64,000 nucleotides of DNA from an uncultured Collinsella sp. GTDB taxonomy: Bacteria; Actinomycetota; Coriobacteriia; Coriobacteriales; Coriobacteriaceae. The notes under the pieces are model-generated. The model saw nothing but the letters and a program-made list of their open reading frames with translations, made no database searches and was not told where the DNA came from. Made by a program: the position numbers and the translations under genes. The first letter of the stretch is position 1, and each line of letters begins with the position of its first letter. The stretch lies in assembly GCA_905199605.1 (NCBI GenBank), contig CAJKHC010000009.1, positions 35,936 to 99,935 of the forward strand, written 5' to 3'. Of this stretch, positions 49,329 to 59,948 are shown in pieces.

Positions 49329-50291
49329 ATGAAACTGTCAAAAATTGCGGCTCTGTTGATGCTGCCCGTGCTGGCGCTGACTCTCGCGGCGTGCTCTGCC
49401 CCCAAGGGCGACGCGAAGGATGCTACGAGCGGCGATGCGCAGATTGCCGAGCTCATAGCGCAAAAGCCGTCGAGCGCCGAGGAGGCGGCCAAGCTGTACC
49501 AGCAGCTGCTGCAAAAGGAAAACGAGATCTTTGCGAGCGATAACGCCCTATGGGAAAAGGTGTTCCTTGCGGCCAACAAAGACACTCCCATGATTGAGGA
49601 CGGCAAGAACTACGGTGACTTCTTGCTCGATACCATCGAGGGCGCCAAGGATCAGTTTGCGGCTGACGAGCTTAAGACGCTTAAGGCCGGCGCGCAGCAG
49701 GTCAAGGAGATCGAGGACAAGCTCATGGCGCTGGAGAAGGAGTTCCCCGGATGTGGCAGCACGCCCGGCGAGGGGGAGAGTGTTGATGCCTCGACCGCGG
49801 GCGTGACCAACGGCGAGAGCGGGGAGACGAAGTTCCCCAGCTTTAAGGGCAAGGACTTGGACGGCAACGATGTAAACAGCGACGAGCTGTTCTCCAAGAA
49901 CAAGGTCACCGTCATGAACTTCTGGTTTACCACCTGCAAGCCGTGCGTGGGAGAGCTGGGCGATCTGGAGAAGCTCAACAAGGAGCTTGCCGAGAAGGGC
50001 GGCCAGGTCGTGGGCGTTAATTCCTTTACGCTCGATGGCAACAAAGACGCGGTGGCCGATGCCAAGGACGTGCTTTCCAAGAAGGGCGTGACGTATGAGA
50101 ACATCTGGTTTAAGTCGGACAGCGAGGCCGGAAAGTTCACCTCCAACCTGTACTCGTTCCCGACCACCTACGTGATCGACCAGAACGGTAACATTGTGGG
50201 AGAGCCGATCATGGGCGGCATCAACTCCGCTGAGCAGCGCGAGGCGCTCAACAAACTGATCGATCAGGCACTCGCGAAGAGCGAACAGTAA
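49329..50291 (+). CDS. TlpA-family thiol-disulfide oxidoreductase lipoprotein
   Basis: Lipobox LAAC; NFWFTTCKPC; FPTTY. Confidence 0.9.
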   Translation: MKLSKIAALLMLPVLALTLAACSAPKGDAKDATSGDAQIAELIAQKPSSAEEAAKLYQQLLQKENEIFASDNALWEKVFLAANKDTPMIEDGKNYGDFLLDTIEGAKDQFAADELKTLKAGAQQVKEIEDKLMALEKEFPGCGSTPGEGESVDASTAGVTNGESGETKFPSFKGKDLDGNDVNSDELFSKNKVTVMNFWFTTCKPCVGELGDLEKLNKELAEKGGQVVGVNSFTLDGNKDAVADAKDVLSKKGVTYENIWFKSDSEAGKFTSNLYSFPTTYVIDQNGNIVGEPIMGGINSAEQREALNKLIDQALAKSEQ

Positions 50292-50313
50292 GTCCGTGGG
50301 ACAGACAACTGAA

Positions 50314-50344
50314 GGGGAGTCGCTGGAAACAGCGACTCTTTTTT
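50314..50344 (+). terminator. Intrinsic terminator
   Basis: GAGTCGCTG-GAAA-CAGCGACTC-TTTTTT. Confidence 0.85.
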
Positions 50345-50517
50345 CTGCTTCGGGGTAGCATCATGGGTATACGTCGAAAGGGCACGCAGCTTTTCGTGCA
50401 TTGCCCGAGCGGTGCGCGAAGCAACCAAGCTGTGAGTTTTCTTAAGCGTTCTGGGTATGGCAGTGTCAAGAATATCGGCGGCATAAGCGGCTACACGGGA
50501 AAGGTGGTGCGTTAGCT

Positions 50518-52209
50518 ATGAAGGTGGTTATCGTTGGAGGCGTCGCGGGCGGCGCATCGGCGGCGGCACGTTTGCGCAGACTCGACGAGCAGGCCCAAAT
50601 TGTCATCTTTGAGCGCACGGGTTTTGTATCGTATGCCAATTGTGGGCTTCCGTACTACATTGGCGGCGTGATAGAAGAAGAGAGCGCATTGACGCTGCAG
50701 TCTCCCAAGGGCTTTTGGGATCGCTTTCGCATTGCGGTCAAGACGAGTCACGAGGTGTTTGCCATCCATCCCGATTCGCATACGGTCGAGGTTCGCAATA
50801 TGCTGACGGGCGAGGAATTTGTCGAGACGTATGACAAGCTCATCCTGTCGCCGGGTGCAAAGCCGATTCGCCCTGCGTTGCCGGGCATCGACTCGGATAA
50901 AATCTTTAGCCTACGCACCGTTGAGGACACGCTGCGTATTCACAGCTATGTTCGAGAGCGGCGACCGAGCAGTGCCGTCGTGATCGGCGGCGGCTTCATT
51001 GGCGTCGAGACGGCGGAGAATCTGTGCGAGCTGGGGCTCCAGGTGACCCTTCTGCAGCGTCCCGTCCAGCTTATGAACAACCTGGATTACGACATGGCGA
51101 CCCTTTTGCATACCGAGGTGCGTGAGCACGGTATCGATCTGTGCCTCAAGGCCGATGTGACAGGTTTTGAGGAAGTTGATGGCCGCGTTGTCACCCATGT
51201 TGCGGGCGATGACCCTATCGGAGCCGATATGGTGCTGCTTGCCATTGGCGTGGCACCTGAGAGCCATCTGGCGCAAGAGGCGGGGCTTGAACTGGGCATC
51301 AAGGGGGCTATTGTGGTCAACGACCGCATGGAGACCTCTGCTGCCGACGTGTATGCCGTGGGCGATGCCGTGCAGGTCACGCATCAGGTGACCGGCGAGG
51401 ACGCGGTCATTTCGCTCGCCGGCCCCGCCAACAAGCAGGGGCGTGTCGTCGCCGATGTCATAGCCGGCATGGACAGCTGCTACCTCGGATCGTTGGGCTC
51501 ATCGGTTATCAAGGTATTCGACTTGACGGCGGCAAGCACGGGACTATCCGAAAAGGCGGCACACGCGGCGGGAATTGACTGCGACAGCGTGGTCCTGTCG
51601 CCCGGTTCGCATGCGGGTTATTATCCGGGTGCAACGCCCATGACCATGAAGGTTGTCTTCGAGAAGCAGGGATTGCGCCTGCTGGGTGCGCAAATCGTGG
51701 GCATCGATGGTGTGGACAAGCGTATCGACGTTCTGGCGACTGCCATCCAGGCAGGCATGCGCGGCGATAGGCTTAAGGATTTGGACCTAGCATACGCGCC
51801 GCCGTATTCATCGGCGAAGGATCCCGTCAATATGGCGGGCTTTATGATCGAGAACCTCAATCGCGGCATACTGGCGCAGTGGCATTGGGAGGATGAGCCC
51901 AACTTGCCACGCGATGGCAGCGTGCAGCTGCTCGATGTTCGTACGGAAGGGGAGTATGAGCGCGGGCATATCGATGGTTTCGTAAACATTCCCGTCGATG
52001 ATCTGCGCAATCGCCTGGGCGAGCTCGACCGGGCCAAGCCGGTCTACGTGATTTGCCAGAGCGGCATTCGCAGCTACATTGCTTGCCGCATTTTGGCGCA
52101 GCATGGCTTTGAGTGCTTTAACTTCTCGGGCGGCTATCGCTTCTTTGCAGCCGTGACTGAGGCTCGCCGCGGCAGCGCTAACGTTATGCCGTGCGGGTTC
52201 GAAAAGTAG
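50518..52209 (+). CDS. CoA-disulfide reductase-like flavoprotein with rhodanese domain
   Basis: GGVAGG, SYANCGLPY, GGGFIG, YAPPYS, C-terminal CQSGIRS. Confidence 0.9.
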   Translation: MKVVIVGGVAGGASAAARLRRLDEQAQIVIFERTGFVSYANCGLPYYIGGVIEEESALTLQSPKGFWDRFRIAVKTSHEVFAIHPDSHTVEVRNMLTGEEFVETYDKLILSPGAKPIRPALPGIDSDKIFSLRTVEDTLRIHSYVRERRPSSAVVIGGGFIGVETAENLCELGLQVTLLQRPVQLMNNLDYDMATLLHTEVREHGIDLCLKADVTGFEEVDGRVVTHVAGDDPIGADMVLLAIGVAPESHLAQEAGLELGIKGAIVVNDRMETSAADVYAVGDAVQVTHQVTGEDAVISLAGPANKQGRVVADVIAGMDSCYLGSLGSSVIKVFDLTAASTGLSEKAAHAAGIDCDSVVLSPGSHAGYYPGATPMTMKVVFEKQGLRLLGAQIVGIDGVDKRIDVLATAIQAGMRGDRLKDLDLAYAPPYSSAKDPVNMAGFMIENLNRGILAQWHWEDEPNLPRDGSVQLLDVRTEGEYERGHIDGFVNIPVDDLRNRLGELDRAKPVYVICQSGIRSYIACRILAQHGFECFNFSGGYRFFAAVTEARRGSANVMPCGFEK

Positions 52210-52220
52210 CGCGCATTGGA

Positions 52221-52304
52221 ATGTGACAAAGTGACAGCCTCTTTGTCGCATCGGGGATGTTATATGCGGGATGGTGCGCCATGCGGCGTGCTGTCCCGTT
52301 CGTT
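52221..52304. repeat. REP-like palindrome + second hairpin (compound repeat B)
   Basis: Degenerate direct copy of 46252-46335. Confidence 0.8.
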
Positions 52305-52430
52305 TTTTGGCGCGGTCCGTTACATTCCTCACTGGTATCGGCCAAAAATGAGGATAGAGTAGGACAAACGCGCCGAACGTGAACGGCGGGGGAGCGGGCG
52401 AGCGCGCCCGCGCGAGAGAGGTTGCCGTCC

Positions 52431-55400
52431 ATGCTGGATCTCAGAGTTATTTGCAAAAGGTACGTTACGCAGTCGTTTACGCAGGTAGCGCTCGACAGCG
52501 TAAGCCTGTCTTTTCGCGATAACGAGTTCGTAGCCGTTCTGGGTCCCTCGGGTTCGGGTAAAACTACGATGCTCAACGTCATCGGTGGACTCGATCATTT
52601 CGATTCGGGCGATCTGCTGATCGACGGCATCTCGACCAAGGACTTCAACGACCGCGATTGGGATGCCTATCGCAATAATCGCATCGGCTTTGTGTTCCAG
52701 AGCTATAACCTCATTCCGCATCAGAGCATTTTGGAAAACGTGGAGTTGGCGCTTACGCTCACGGGCGTGGGGCATGCCGAGCGCCGCCAACGTGCGCGCA
52801 AGGCGCTCGAGGCAGTCGGTCTGGGCGAGCACGTTGACAAGCGCCCGAGCCAGCTTTCGGGCGGGCAGATGCAGCGCGTGGCCATTGCCCGCGCCCTGAT
52901 CAATGACCCCGAGATTGTGCTGGCTGACGAGCCGACCGGCGCCTTGGACTCAACGACATCCGTACAGGTCATGGATTTGCTCAAGGATGTTGCGCGCGAT
53001 CGTTTGGTCATCATGGTCACGCACAATCCCGAGTTGGCATACAGGTACGCCACGCGCATCGTCACCCTGGCGGACGGCAAGATCACCGACGATTCCGACC
53101 CCTTTGATGCTGCCGAGGCCGCGCGTCGCGAGGCCAAGCCCACGCGCAAAACCTCGATGAGCTTTGTGACAGCGCTGGGGCTTTCGGCGCGAAACCTTTT
53201 GACCAAGAAGGGCCGTACGGCTATGACGGCCTTTGCTGGTTCGATCGGCATTATCGGCATTGCGGCGATTCTGGCGCTCTCCAACGGCGTAAACGGCTAC
53301 ATCAAAAAGGTCGAGGAGGATACGCTCTCGAGCTACCCGCTTACGATTTCCAAACAAGATTACGACCTGTCGTCTATGATGGGCGGACAGGGGGGCACGG
53401 ATGATGACTCGCCTGAAAACGTGGATTCGTCCGACGACAGTGCCGGCGGCAAGGCTAAGGGAACCGATAAGATCCCCGTGGTCACGGCCGTAAAGGATAT
53501 GTTTGCGAGCGTTAAGTCTAACGACATGACGAGCTTTAAGGCATGGCTCGATGCCGGTGGCGATGGCATCGATAAAGAGGTCAACGCCATTCAGTACGGC
53601 TACGGTGTATCGCCGGTTGTCTATCGTGCCGGGAAGGGCGATGGGAAGCCTGTCCGGCTGGTGCCCAACGCCATGACCGAGGCCATGAGCGGAGGCGCGA
53701 GCTCGGCAGCAACGGTGAGCATGGAATCCATGGGAACCTCGGTCTTTAACGAGATGATTGACGACCAGAGCCTGCTCGACAGCCAGTACGATGTCGTCGC
53801 CGGTCATTGGCCCACGTCTGCCAACGAAGCCGTGATGGTGCTTTCGAGTCGTGGCACGGTGGGCGACTATACGCTCTACAGCATCGGTGCGCTGGATATC
53901 AATGAGCTCAACGACCTGGTTAACAGCGCTATGACGGCTGACGGTGGGGTCGAAACGCCCGAGACCGGCACCGACTTTACCTACGACGATGCGCTGTCTA
54001 CCACGTTTAAGGTGTTGTCGCCGGCCGATGCCTATCGCAAAAACGAAGAGACCGGCATGTGGACTGACATGTCTGGCGATGCCGACTTTATGACGGCCAA
54101 GGTTGCCGACGGTATTGACGTGCGCATCGTGGGCGTGGTGCGACCTAACGAGACGGCCAACGCGAGCGCATTGACCCCGGGCATTGCCTACACGCATGCG
54201 CTGACTCGCCAGCTTATGGAGCGCGCTGCCGATTCGCAGATCGTGCAGGAGCAGCTTGCCCACCCCGAGACGGATGTCTTTACGGGCAAAACTTTCGATG
54301 AACTGCAGGGCGAGGCCAAGCAAGGCGTGGATCTGGGCAGCATGTTTAGTGTGGACGAGGCGGCGCTGAAGAGTGCGTTTTCGTTCGATACATCTGTGCT
54401 CTCGGGTGCAGCCGGCGGTATGGACCTGTCGGGTCTTGATTTGTCCGGGTTGGATATTGACCTTTCGGGCGTAGGCAAGGATATCGACTTCAGCGACATC
54501 ATGGCCAAAGCGCCGGCTCCAGATTTCTCGGGCGTCTTTGACGGTCTGGAGCTCACGCCCGAGCAAATGCAGCAGGTGGGAACGCTTGCCAACCAGCTGT
54601 TTGAGGGCTTTTTGCAGTCTGATCAGTTTAAGGCACTGTCGTCCGAAGATCTTAAGGACGCATCAAGGCTCGCTGCCGCATTCTCGACGTATCTTGAGCA
54701 TGATGCCGCGGCGCAGCAATGCCTGGCTCAATTGAAGGCGCTCGGCGGCGATGCCCTGGCAGAGCGTCTCCAGCAGGCGATGACCGACTATGTGCAAAAA
54801 CAGCTGGCTCCGTATCTGCAGCAGGCTATGGATCAGGTGATGAAGTCGATCAGCAATCAGATTGCGTCGACGGTATCATCCCAGCTCAAGGCGGGCGCGG
54901 CGGGGCTCATGGGCCAGATGGCGACGCAGATGTCTTCGAGTTTTGCCAACCTGGCGAGCGCTATGCGTGCGGATGCGAGCGCCTTTGCTCGTGCTATCCA
55001 TTTCAACATGGATGCCGAGGACCTGAGTTCGCTCATGATGAGCTATGCCAAGGCTTCGAAGCTCACCTACGACAACAATCTGACCACGTTGGGCTATGCG
55101 GATGAGGCGGACCCCATCTCGGTTAAGATTTTCCCGCGCGACTTTGAGGCCAAGGAGCGCGTGCTCGATCACATCGATGCGTACAACAAGCAGGTCAAAG
55201 CCGCTGGCCACGATGATCGGGCAATTACGTACACAGACTACATGGGCATCATCATGGGTTCGGTGACCGATATCGTGAACACCATCAGCTTGGTGCTCAT
55301 CGCATTTGTGAGCATCAGCCTGGTGGTGAGCTCCATCATGATCGGCATCATCACCTATATCAGCGTACTGGAGCGCAAAAAGGAGATTGGCATCCTGCGC

Positions 55401-55685
55401 GCGATCGGCGCGTCGAAGCGCAACGTGGCAAACGTATTCAATGCCGAGACATGTATCGAGGGCCTCATTGCCGGCGTCTTTGCTATTGTCGTCGTGGTGG
55501 CCGTGAGCTTCCCGGTCAATGCCTGGGCGCTTGCGGCCAAACAGGTCCCCAACCTAATGAGTCTGCCCGTGCAGGATGCGTTGGTGCTCATTGCAATTTC
55601 GGTGCTGCTGACGGTCGTTGCCGGTCTACTGCCTGCCCGCAGCGCATCCAAAAAAGACCCCGTGGAAGCCCTGCGCTCCGAATAA
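52431..55685 (+). CDS. Fused ABC transporter ATP-binding/permease (MacB/FtsX-like)
   Basis: [23 protein letters not shown]-terminal [14 protein letters not shown] and DPVEALRSE. Confidence 0.92.
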   Translation: MLDLRVICKRYVTQSFTQVALDSVSLSFRDNEFVAVLGPSGSGKTTMLNVIGGLDHFDSGDLLIDGISTKDFNDRDWDAYRNNRIGFVFQSYNLIPHQSILENVELALTLTGVGHAERRQRARKALEAVGLGEHVDKRPSQLSGGQMQRVAIARALINDPEIVLADEPTGALDSTTSVQVMDLLKDVARDRLVIMVTHNPELAYRYATRIVTLADGKITDDSDPFDAAEAARREAKPTRKTSMSFVTALGLSARNLLTKKGRTAMTAFAGSIGIIGIAAILALSNGVNGYIKKVEEDTLSSYPLTISKQDYDLSSMMGGQGGTDDDSPENVDSSDDSAGGKAKGTDKIPVVTAVKDMFASVKSNDMTSFKAWLDAGGDGIDKEVNAIQYGYGVSPVVYRAGKGDGKPVRLVPNAMTEAMSGGASSAATVSMESMGTSVFNEMIDDQSLLDSQYDVVAGHWPTSANEAVMVLSSRGTVGDYTLYSIGALDINELNDLVNSAMTADGGVETPETGTDFTYDDALSTTFKVLSPADAYRKNEETGMWTDMSGDADFMTAKVADGIDVRIVGVVRPNETANASALTPGIAYTHALTRQLMERAADSQIVQEQLAHPETDVFTGKTFDELQGEAKQGVDLGSMFSVDEAALKSAFSFDTSVLSGAAGGMDLSGLDLSGLDIDLSGVGKDIDFSDIMAKAPAPDFSGVFDGLELTPEQMQQVGTLANQLFEGFLQSDQFKALSSEDLKDASRLAAAFSTYLEHDAAAQQCLAQLKALGGDALAERLQQAMTDYVQKQLAPYLQQAMDQVMKSISNQIASTVSSQLKAGAAGLMGQMATQMSSSFANLASAMRADASAFARAIHFNMDAEDLSSLMMSYAKASKLTYDNNLTTLGYADEADPISVKIFPRDFEAKERVLDHIDAYNKQVKAAGHDDRAITYTDYMGIIMGSVTDIVNTISLVLIAFVSISLVVSSIMIGIITYISVLERKKEIGILRAIGASKRNVANVFNAETCIEGLIAGVFAIVVVVAVSFPVNAWALAAKQVPNLMSLPVQDALVLIAISVLLTVVAGLLPARSASKKDPVEALRSE

Positions 55686-55716
55686 TGTGACAAAGGGACA
55701 GTCCCTTTGTCACATT
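55684..55716. repeat. REP-like palindrome
   Basis: AATGTGACAAAGGGACAGTCCCTTTGTCACATT. Confidence 0.85.
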
Positions 55717-55722
55717 GGGTGG

Positions 55723-56856
55723 CTAGCTCGTTTTGCCCATCAATGTGATACGGATGCTTGGATGGGTGTACTCGTCAAATTCATCCTCGGGATCCGTGTC
55801 AAACGAATAGTACGTTTTGATGGGGTTGTCACTCGTCCTGATGGAGATTCTCTCGTAGAGCGAACCGTTCAAAAAAGCCTGCCTAAACTCTTCGGGGAGC
55901 TTTTGCGGTGCTAGGAGCTCGGGACTCACGGTCTTGACGTCTACGGTTTGGACGACAGAGGAAAGTTCGTCCAAGTCGAGCTCGATGCGGGCGAGGTTGT
56001 CCTCAAGGCTCGCGTCGGGGTCGATCTCTGCTATGTAACTCACTTCCTTGAGCGTTCCCTTGTTGTCGAAATCCAGGTACGTATAGGTCTTCTGGGTATC
56101 GGAGTCGCCGTCGTGAAGGTAGCCGCGGACGTGATAGCCGTAATCTTGATATCGCTCGTAAGGGTCATCGGCGGACACGTACTCGCATGCGGGTCCTAGC
56201 GTCTTGCGGGCGATGGCAATTTGCTCGGCCGCGGCCGCGGCGTTCTCCTGCATCTCGATGTTTCCCTGCGCCAGCTGCGGGATATAGGCACCGCACACGA
56301 TCGCGAGGGGCAGCGCCACAAGCGCGACGACCCACTTCTTTGCACGGGGGACAGGCACGCCACAGGCCTCTGCCATGGCCCTTGCGTTGGCGAAGCTTTC
56401 GGCAAGCACGTCTGCCGCGGTGGCGACGGCGCCTACGGCAGCGGCGACTTCTGCCGCGCCGCCCAGGTTGCGTGCGGTCTCGTTGTCGCTGTTCTTGAGC
56501 AGGCGTGCGGCGGCCTGCGTGCCAACAACGCCTGCGATTTGTGCCGAGCGGTCTTTCTCGCTCTGCTCGATGGCGAGCCGGTTCTGCATTTCCTTCCACT
56601 GCTTGCCGCGCATGCCAAAACGCGGCGCGAGGGCACAGTAGCAGAATATGACGAGCTCGATGGCGGTGAGCACCAAGGCGGTCATCATGCCCGTCTCTTG
56701 GAAGCCTTCGTGATGGAAGACGATGTCGTCGATCATTTCGAAAGGAATAATCAATAAGGGCAGCACGAATGCCATGGCAAGCGCCGCGCCGGCAACCTTG
56801 GGACAGATGCAGTATCGCTGGATGCGCTTACGTTCTTGTTCGGAAAGTGTTGCCAT
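55723..56856 (-). CDS. Hypothetical membrane protein
   Basis: AAGGA RBS; three hydrophobic segments and an acidic C-terminal domain. Confidence 0.75.
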   Translation of the reverse strand: MATLSEQERKRIQRYCICPKVAGAALAMAFVLPLLIIPFEMIDDIVFHHEGFQETGMMTALVLTAIELVIFCYCALAPRFGMRGKQWKEMQNRLAIEQSEKDRSAQIAGVVGTQAAARLLKNSDNETARNLGGAAEVAAAVGAVATAADVLAESFANARAMAEACGVPVPRAKKWVVALVALPLAIVCGAYIPQLAQGNIEMQENAAAAAEQIAIARKTLGPACEYVSADDPYERYQDYGYHVRGYLHDGDSDTQKTYTYLDFDNKGTLKEVSYIAEIDPDASLEDNLARIELDLDELSSVVQTVDVKTVSPELLAPQKLPEEFRQAFLNGSLYERISIRTSDNPIKTYYSFDTDPEDEFDEYTHPSIRITLMGKTS

Positions 56857-56919
56857 GGCTGATCCTTGGTGTCGTAACGGTCGTTGCGGCGCATGGGGCG
56901 CGGGGCGCATCAGTTTGAG

Positions 56920-57447
56920 CTAGCGCTGGATAAGAACATAGAGCAAGATGCTCATCGCGATGAGCAAGAAGCCTGCGATGTTAAACATCAGTGTGGCAAA
57001 GTTGCCCACGATGGGGCGTTCGACATAGCTTTTGTCTGGGTTGCTGGGGTTGTAGTACACGGTCATTTGGCTACCGAGGGGCCAAAGCTGCTCCGCGAGG
57101 GTGCCTAGGCGGGCGATGGGGCCTGTCTGCACGTGCAGCCAGCCCTTGGCGTCTTCGTAGGCGGTGGCTTGCGTGCGGATGGGGAGTCCCGACAAGCTTT
57201 TGGTCTTTATGCCACGGAATTGTTTTTTCGCGCGGTATTGCGTGCCGTCGACGGTGTATTCCAAAACGGGATTCATTCTGCCTTCACCCATAAAGCGATG
57301 GTCGATGACCGTCCCCATGGTCACGGCGGTACAGGCCTTGGCTTTCTTGCGGGCGGCGGCCTTCATGAGCGCGCTCACTCCGATAAGCAGGATGCCGATG
57401 CCCCCAACCAAGATGAGCGCGAGCAGGGATATCTGCGACGTGGTCAC
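56920..57447 (-). CDS. DUF3592-type membrane protein
   Basis: TM - GTV...PVLEYTVDG.QY...VYYNPSNP - TM; AAAGGAG RBS. Confidence 0.8.
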   Translation of the reverse strand: MTTSQISLLALILVGGIGILLIGVSALMKAAARKKAKACTAVTMGTVIDHRFMGEGRMNPVLEYTVDGTQYRAKKQFRGIKTKSLSGLPIRTQATAYEDAKGWLHVQTGPIARLGTLAEQLWPLGSQMTVYYNPSNPDKSYVERPIVGNFATLMFNIAGFLLIAMSILLYVLIQR

Positions 57448-57538
57448 GGTGTTCTCCTTTGGCGCGATACCGTCATATGTGACTCAGTATAGAGAATCCC
57501 GCCATCGATGAGCTATTGCGGGGGGGGGTCAATTCTGA

Positions 57539-57570
57539 ATGTGACAAATGGACTGTTCCTTTGTCACATC
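57539..57570. repeat. REP-like palindrome (degenerate)
   Basis: ATGTGACAAATGGACTGTTCCTTTGTCACATC. Confidence 0.8.
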
Positions 57571-57583
57571 GGGGACTGCGGAA

Positions 57584-57769
57584 TCGAGGTCTAATACTTT
57601 TCCCGAGAAGTGAACGAGTGAAAACGGACTCCCGAAGCATCGACACTTTTGGCGTACAATTTCCTGCGGTTTTGCCAGTCAAATCCTGCGGTTTTGACGC
57701 CTAAAAATGTCAATGCTTCGGGAGTCCAAATACAGCCGTTCACTTCTCGGGAAAAGTATTAGACCTCGA
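57584..57769. mobile_element. MITE-like element with about 72-bp inverted arms
   Basis: TCGAGGTCTAATACTTTTCCCGAGAAGTGAACG...CGTTCACTTCTCGGGAAAAGTATTAGACCTCGA; no coding capacity. Confidence 0.55.
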
Positions 57770-57934
57770 AATATGGGCGGCGTTCGCGAACGGCAACTAG
57801 CTTGCGTCCGGTAGCCGGCACTTGGGGCAAAGGGACTGCCCTTTTGCCCCTTCACCATTGCATCGTATCTGGTGTGGAAAAAATATCGCCTGCGTTCTCG
57901 CGCCTGCGAAGAGTTCCTGAACCGCTTGAATGGG

Positions 57935-57965
57935 ATGTGACAAAGGGACTGTCCCTTTGTCACAT
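57935..57965. repeat. REP-like palindrome
   Basis: ATGTGACAAAGGGACTGTCCCTTTGTCACAT. Confidence 0.85.
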
Positions 57966-57979
57966 TGATTTGAGAGTGG

Positions 57980-58939
57980 ATGTTGATGAATTTATCGCTG
58001 GCCCCCATGGAGGGGATTACCGGGCATGTGTTCCGTCGCGTGCATGCGGAGTGCTTTGGCGCGCTCGATTGTTATTACACGCCGTTTTTGCCGCCGCCGC
58101 GGGTGGGCAACCGCTTTGGTGGCAAGGCGTTTAAAGAGGTCGATCCTGCCAATAACCAGGGGCTTAACGTAGTACCTCAGCTGATGTCCAAGAATGCGGA
58201 CGAGTTTGTGTGGGCGGCGCAGGTGCTCGCCGAGATGGGGTACCGCGAGGTCAATCTCAACCTTGGCTGCCCCTCGGGTACGGTTGTTGCCAAAGGCAAG
58301 GGTTCGGGCTTTCTGCGCAACCTGGATGGGCTCGAGGTGTTCTTGAGCGACGTGTGCGACCGCTCGCCCTTGCCGGTGTCGGTCAAGACCAGGTTGGGGT
58401 TGGAAAGCGACGACGAGTACAAGCGCGTGCTCGACCTCTACTGTCGCATGCCGTTAGCAGAGCTGATTGTGCACCCGCGCGTGCAAAAGGACCGTTATAC
58501 GGGCTCGCCGCGCAAAGAGTTTTACGGCGAGACGCTGGAGCGGGCACCGTTTCCTGTGGCATACAACGGCGATATTTTTGATCTTGAGGACATGGATGCG
58601 CTGGTGGAAGCCTATCCCGGAACACGCCACGTAATGTTGGGGCGCGGCTTGCTTGCGAATCCCGCGCTGGCTCGCATGGTTAAGGGCGGCCCTGCCGCCA
58701 CCGCCGCTGAGCTGCAACGCTTCCACGACATGCTGTTTGCGGCTTATGCGGACGAGATTGGGGGCAACGCGGTCTTTCGCATGAAAGAGTGGTGGTTCTA
58801 CGCCAAATGCGCCTTCGCCGATCCCGCGACCGTTCACAAGCTCGTTCGCAAGACCAAAAAGGTCGATGAATACCGCGCTGCTGTCGAGCGCGTCTTTCGC
58901 GAGCAGCCGCTTGCGCCCGCTGCCCGCTTTTGCGGCTAA
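57980..58939 (+). CDS. tRNA-dihydrouridine synthase family protein
   Basis: LAPMEGIT, NLNLGCP, SVKTRLG, VHPR, YNGDI, MLGRG. Confidence 0.92.
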   Translation: MLMNLSLAPMEGITGHVFRRVHAECFGALDCYYTPFLPPPRVGNRFGGKAFKEVDPANNQGLNVVPQLMSKNADEFVWAAQVLAEMGYREVNLNLGCPSGTVVAKGKGSGFLRNLDGLEVFLSDVCDRSPLPVSVKTRLGLESDDEYKRVLDLYCRMPLAELIVHPRVQKDRYTGSPRKEFYGETLERAPFPVAYNGDIFDLEDMDALVEAYPGTRHVMLGRGLLANPALARMVKGGPAATAAELQRFHDMLFAAYADEIGGNAVFRMKEWWFYAKCAFADPATVHKLVRKTKKVDEYRAAVERVFREQPLAPAARFCG

Positions 58940-58974
58940 ATGTGGGCGTTGGGGACGTTCTTAAACGACTATGT

Positions 58975-59045
58975 TGCAAAAAGCTGTACGTCAGCATCCA
59001 AAGATGTCGGAAAATGTCGACTTTGGATGCTGACGTACATGTTTG
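58975..59045. repeat. 70-bp hairpin repeat, copy 1
   Basis: TGTACGTCAGCATCCAAAG-17 nt-CTTTGGATGCTGACGTACA; direct copy at 60887-60957. Confidence 0.85.
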
Positions 59046-59063
59046 AAGGCGGTATCGCCCTCG

Positions 59064-59948
59064 TTATCCGACGACTTGGACGGCAAGTGCGTCCAATACA
59101 CGTTCCGCGTCGGCGTCGATCAGGATGCTCCGATCGGCGATTTCTGCCGGAGCGACTGCCTCGGCAAAATTGATACATGCGTACGTGGCGCGCTCGTTTT
59201 TGGCGGTCATCTGCCAAAACGGGTACTTGATGATGACGGGCGTATTGCCGCCTACGCCAAGCTCAAAGAACAGAATGCGCATATTGCTGTGGCGGCGCAG
59301 GAAATCCTGGTAGCGATCGGCCGCAGCATACCAGCCCCTATCCTGCACAAACGTATCGTCGGCGCGCAGGTTCATCGTAAGCGGGGAACCACAGTGGGGA
59401 CAACGGGGCACAAGTGCAGACGGAATGCGCAGGTCCTGTTGGGCGCCGACCATGTAATGTACAAGTCCTTCGTTGTCCCAAGTTTCCTGACAGCAGGGCT
59501 TACTGCACTGGAATAAACCATAGTCGCCCTGCGTGTAAAAGAGCCGCTGCTTATCAAAGCCGGCGCGCTGGAAGCAATGGTCTACGTTTGTGGTCAGCAC
59601 AAAGTAATCGCGGTCGCGCAGTAGGTCCAGGAGCTGCTCATAGACCGGTTTGGGTATGGGGTCATATCGGTTGCACTCAATATAGCGGCTCCAAAATGCC
59701 CAGTATTCCTCGAGCGAGTCGTAGGGGTAGAAGCCGCCGGAGTACATGTCAGCAAAGCCGTAGCGTGCAGCGAAGTCGCCAAAGAGCTTCTCGAAGCGTT
59801 CGCCCGAATAGGTGTAGCCAGCCGCGGTGGAAAGACCCGCGCCGGCACCGATTATCACGGCGTCGGATGCATCGAGTGCGGCTTGGAGCTTAGCGATCTG
59901 TTTGGAGAAGCTCACGGTAGATTGATTCGTCAGACGCGAGAAATACAT
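59064..59948 (-). CDS. Class M sirtuin (SirTM, NAD-dependent ADP-ribosyltransferase type)
   Basis: GAGAGLS, TTNVDH, YTQGDY (Gln in place of the catalytic His), QCSKPC/CPHC, ELGVG.NTP.IIKYPFW. Confidence 0.9.
   Translation of the reverse strand: MYFSRLTNQSTVSFSKQIAKLQAALDASDAVIIGAGAGLSTAAGYTYSGERFEKLFGDFAARYGFADMYSGGFYPYDSLEEYWAFWSRYIECNRYDPIPKPVYEQLLDLLRDRDYFVLTTNVDHCFQRAGFDKQRLFYTQGDYGLFQCSKPCCQETWDNEGLVHYMVGAQQDLRIPSALVPRCPHCGSPLTMNLRADDTFVQDRGWYAAADRYQDFLRRHSNMRILFFELGVGGNTPVIIKYPFWQMTAKNERATYACINFAEAVAPAEIADRSILIDADAERVLDALAVQVVG

Noticed and set aside
54420..54500. DLSGL tandem repeats in the ABC permease (and the G/S repeats at 39600-39680)
   Set aside because: Low-complexity protein linkers, not DNA-level elements
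46251..57965. CRISPR array from the 31-33 bp palindromic repeats
   Set aside because: Copies are hundreds to thousands of bp apart, with genes between them, and no cas genes are present
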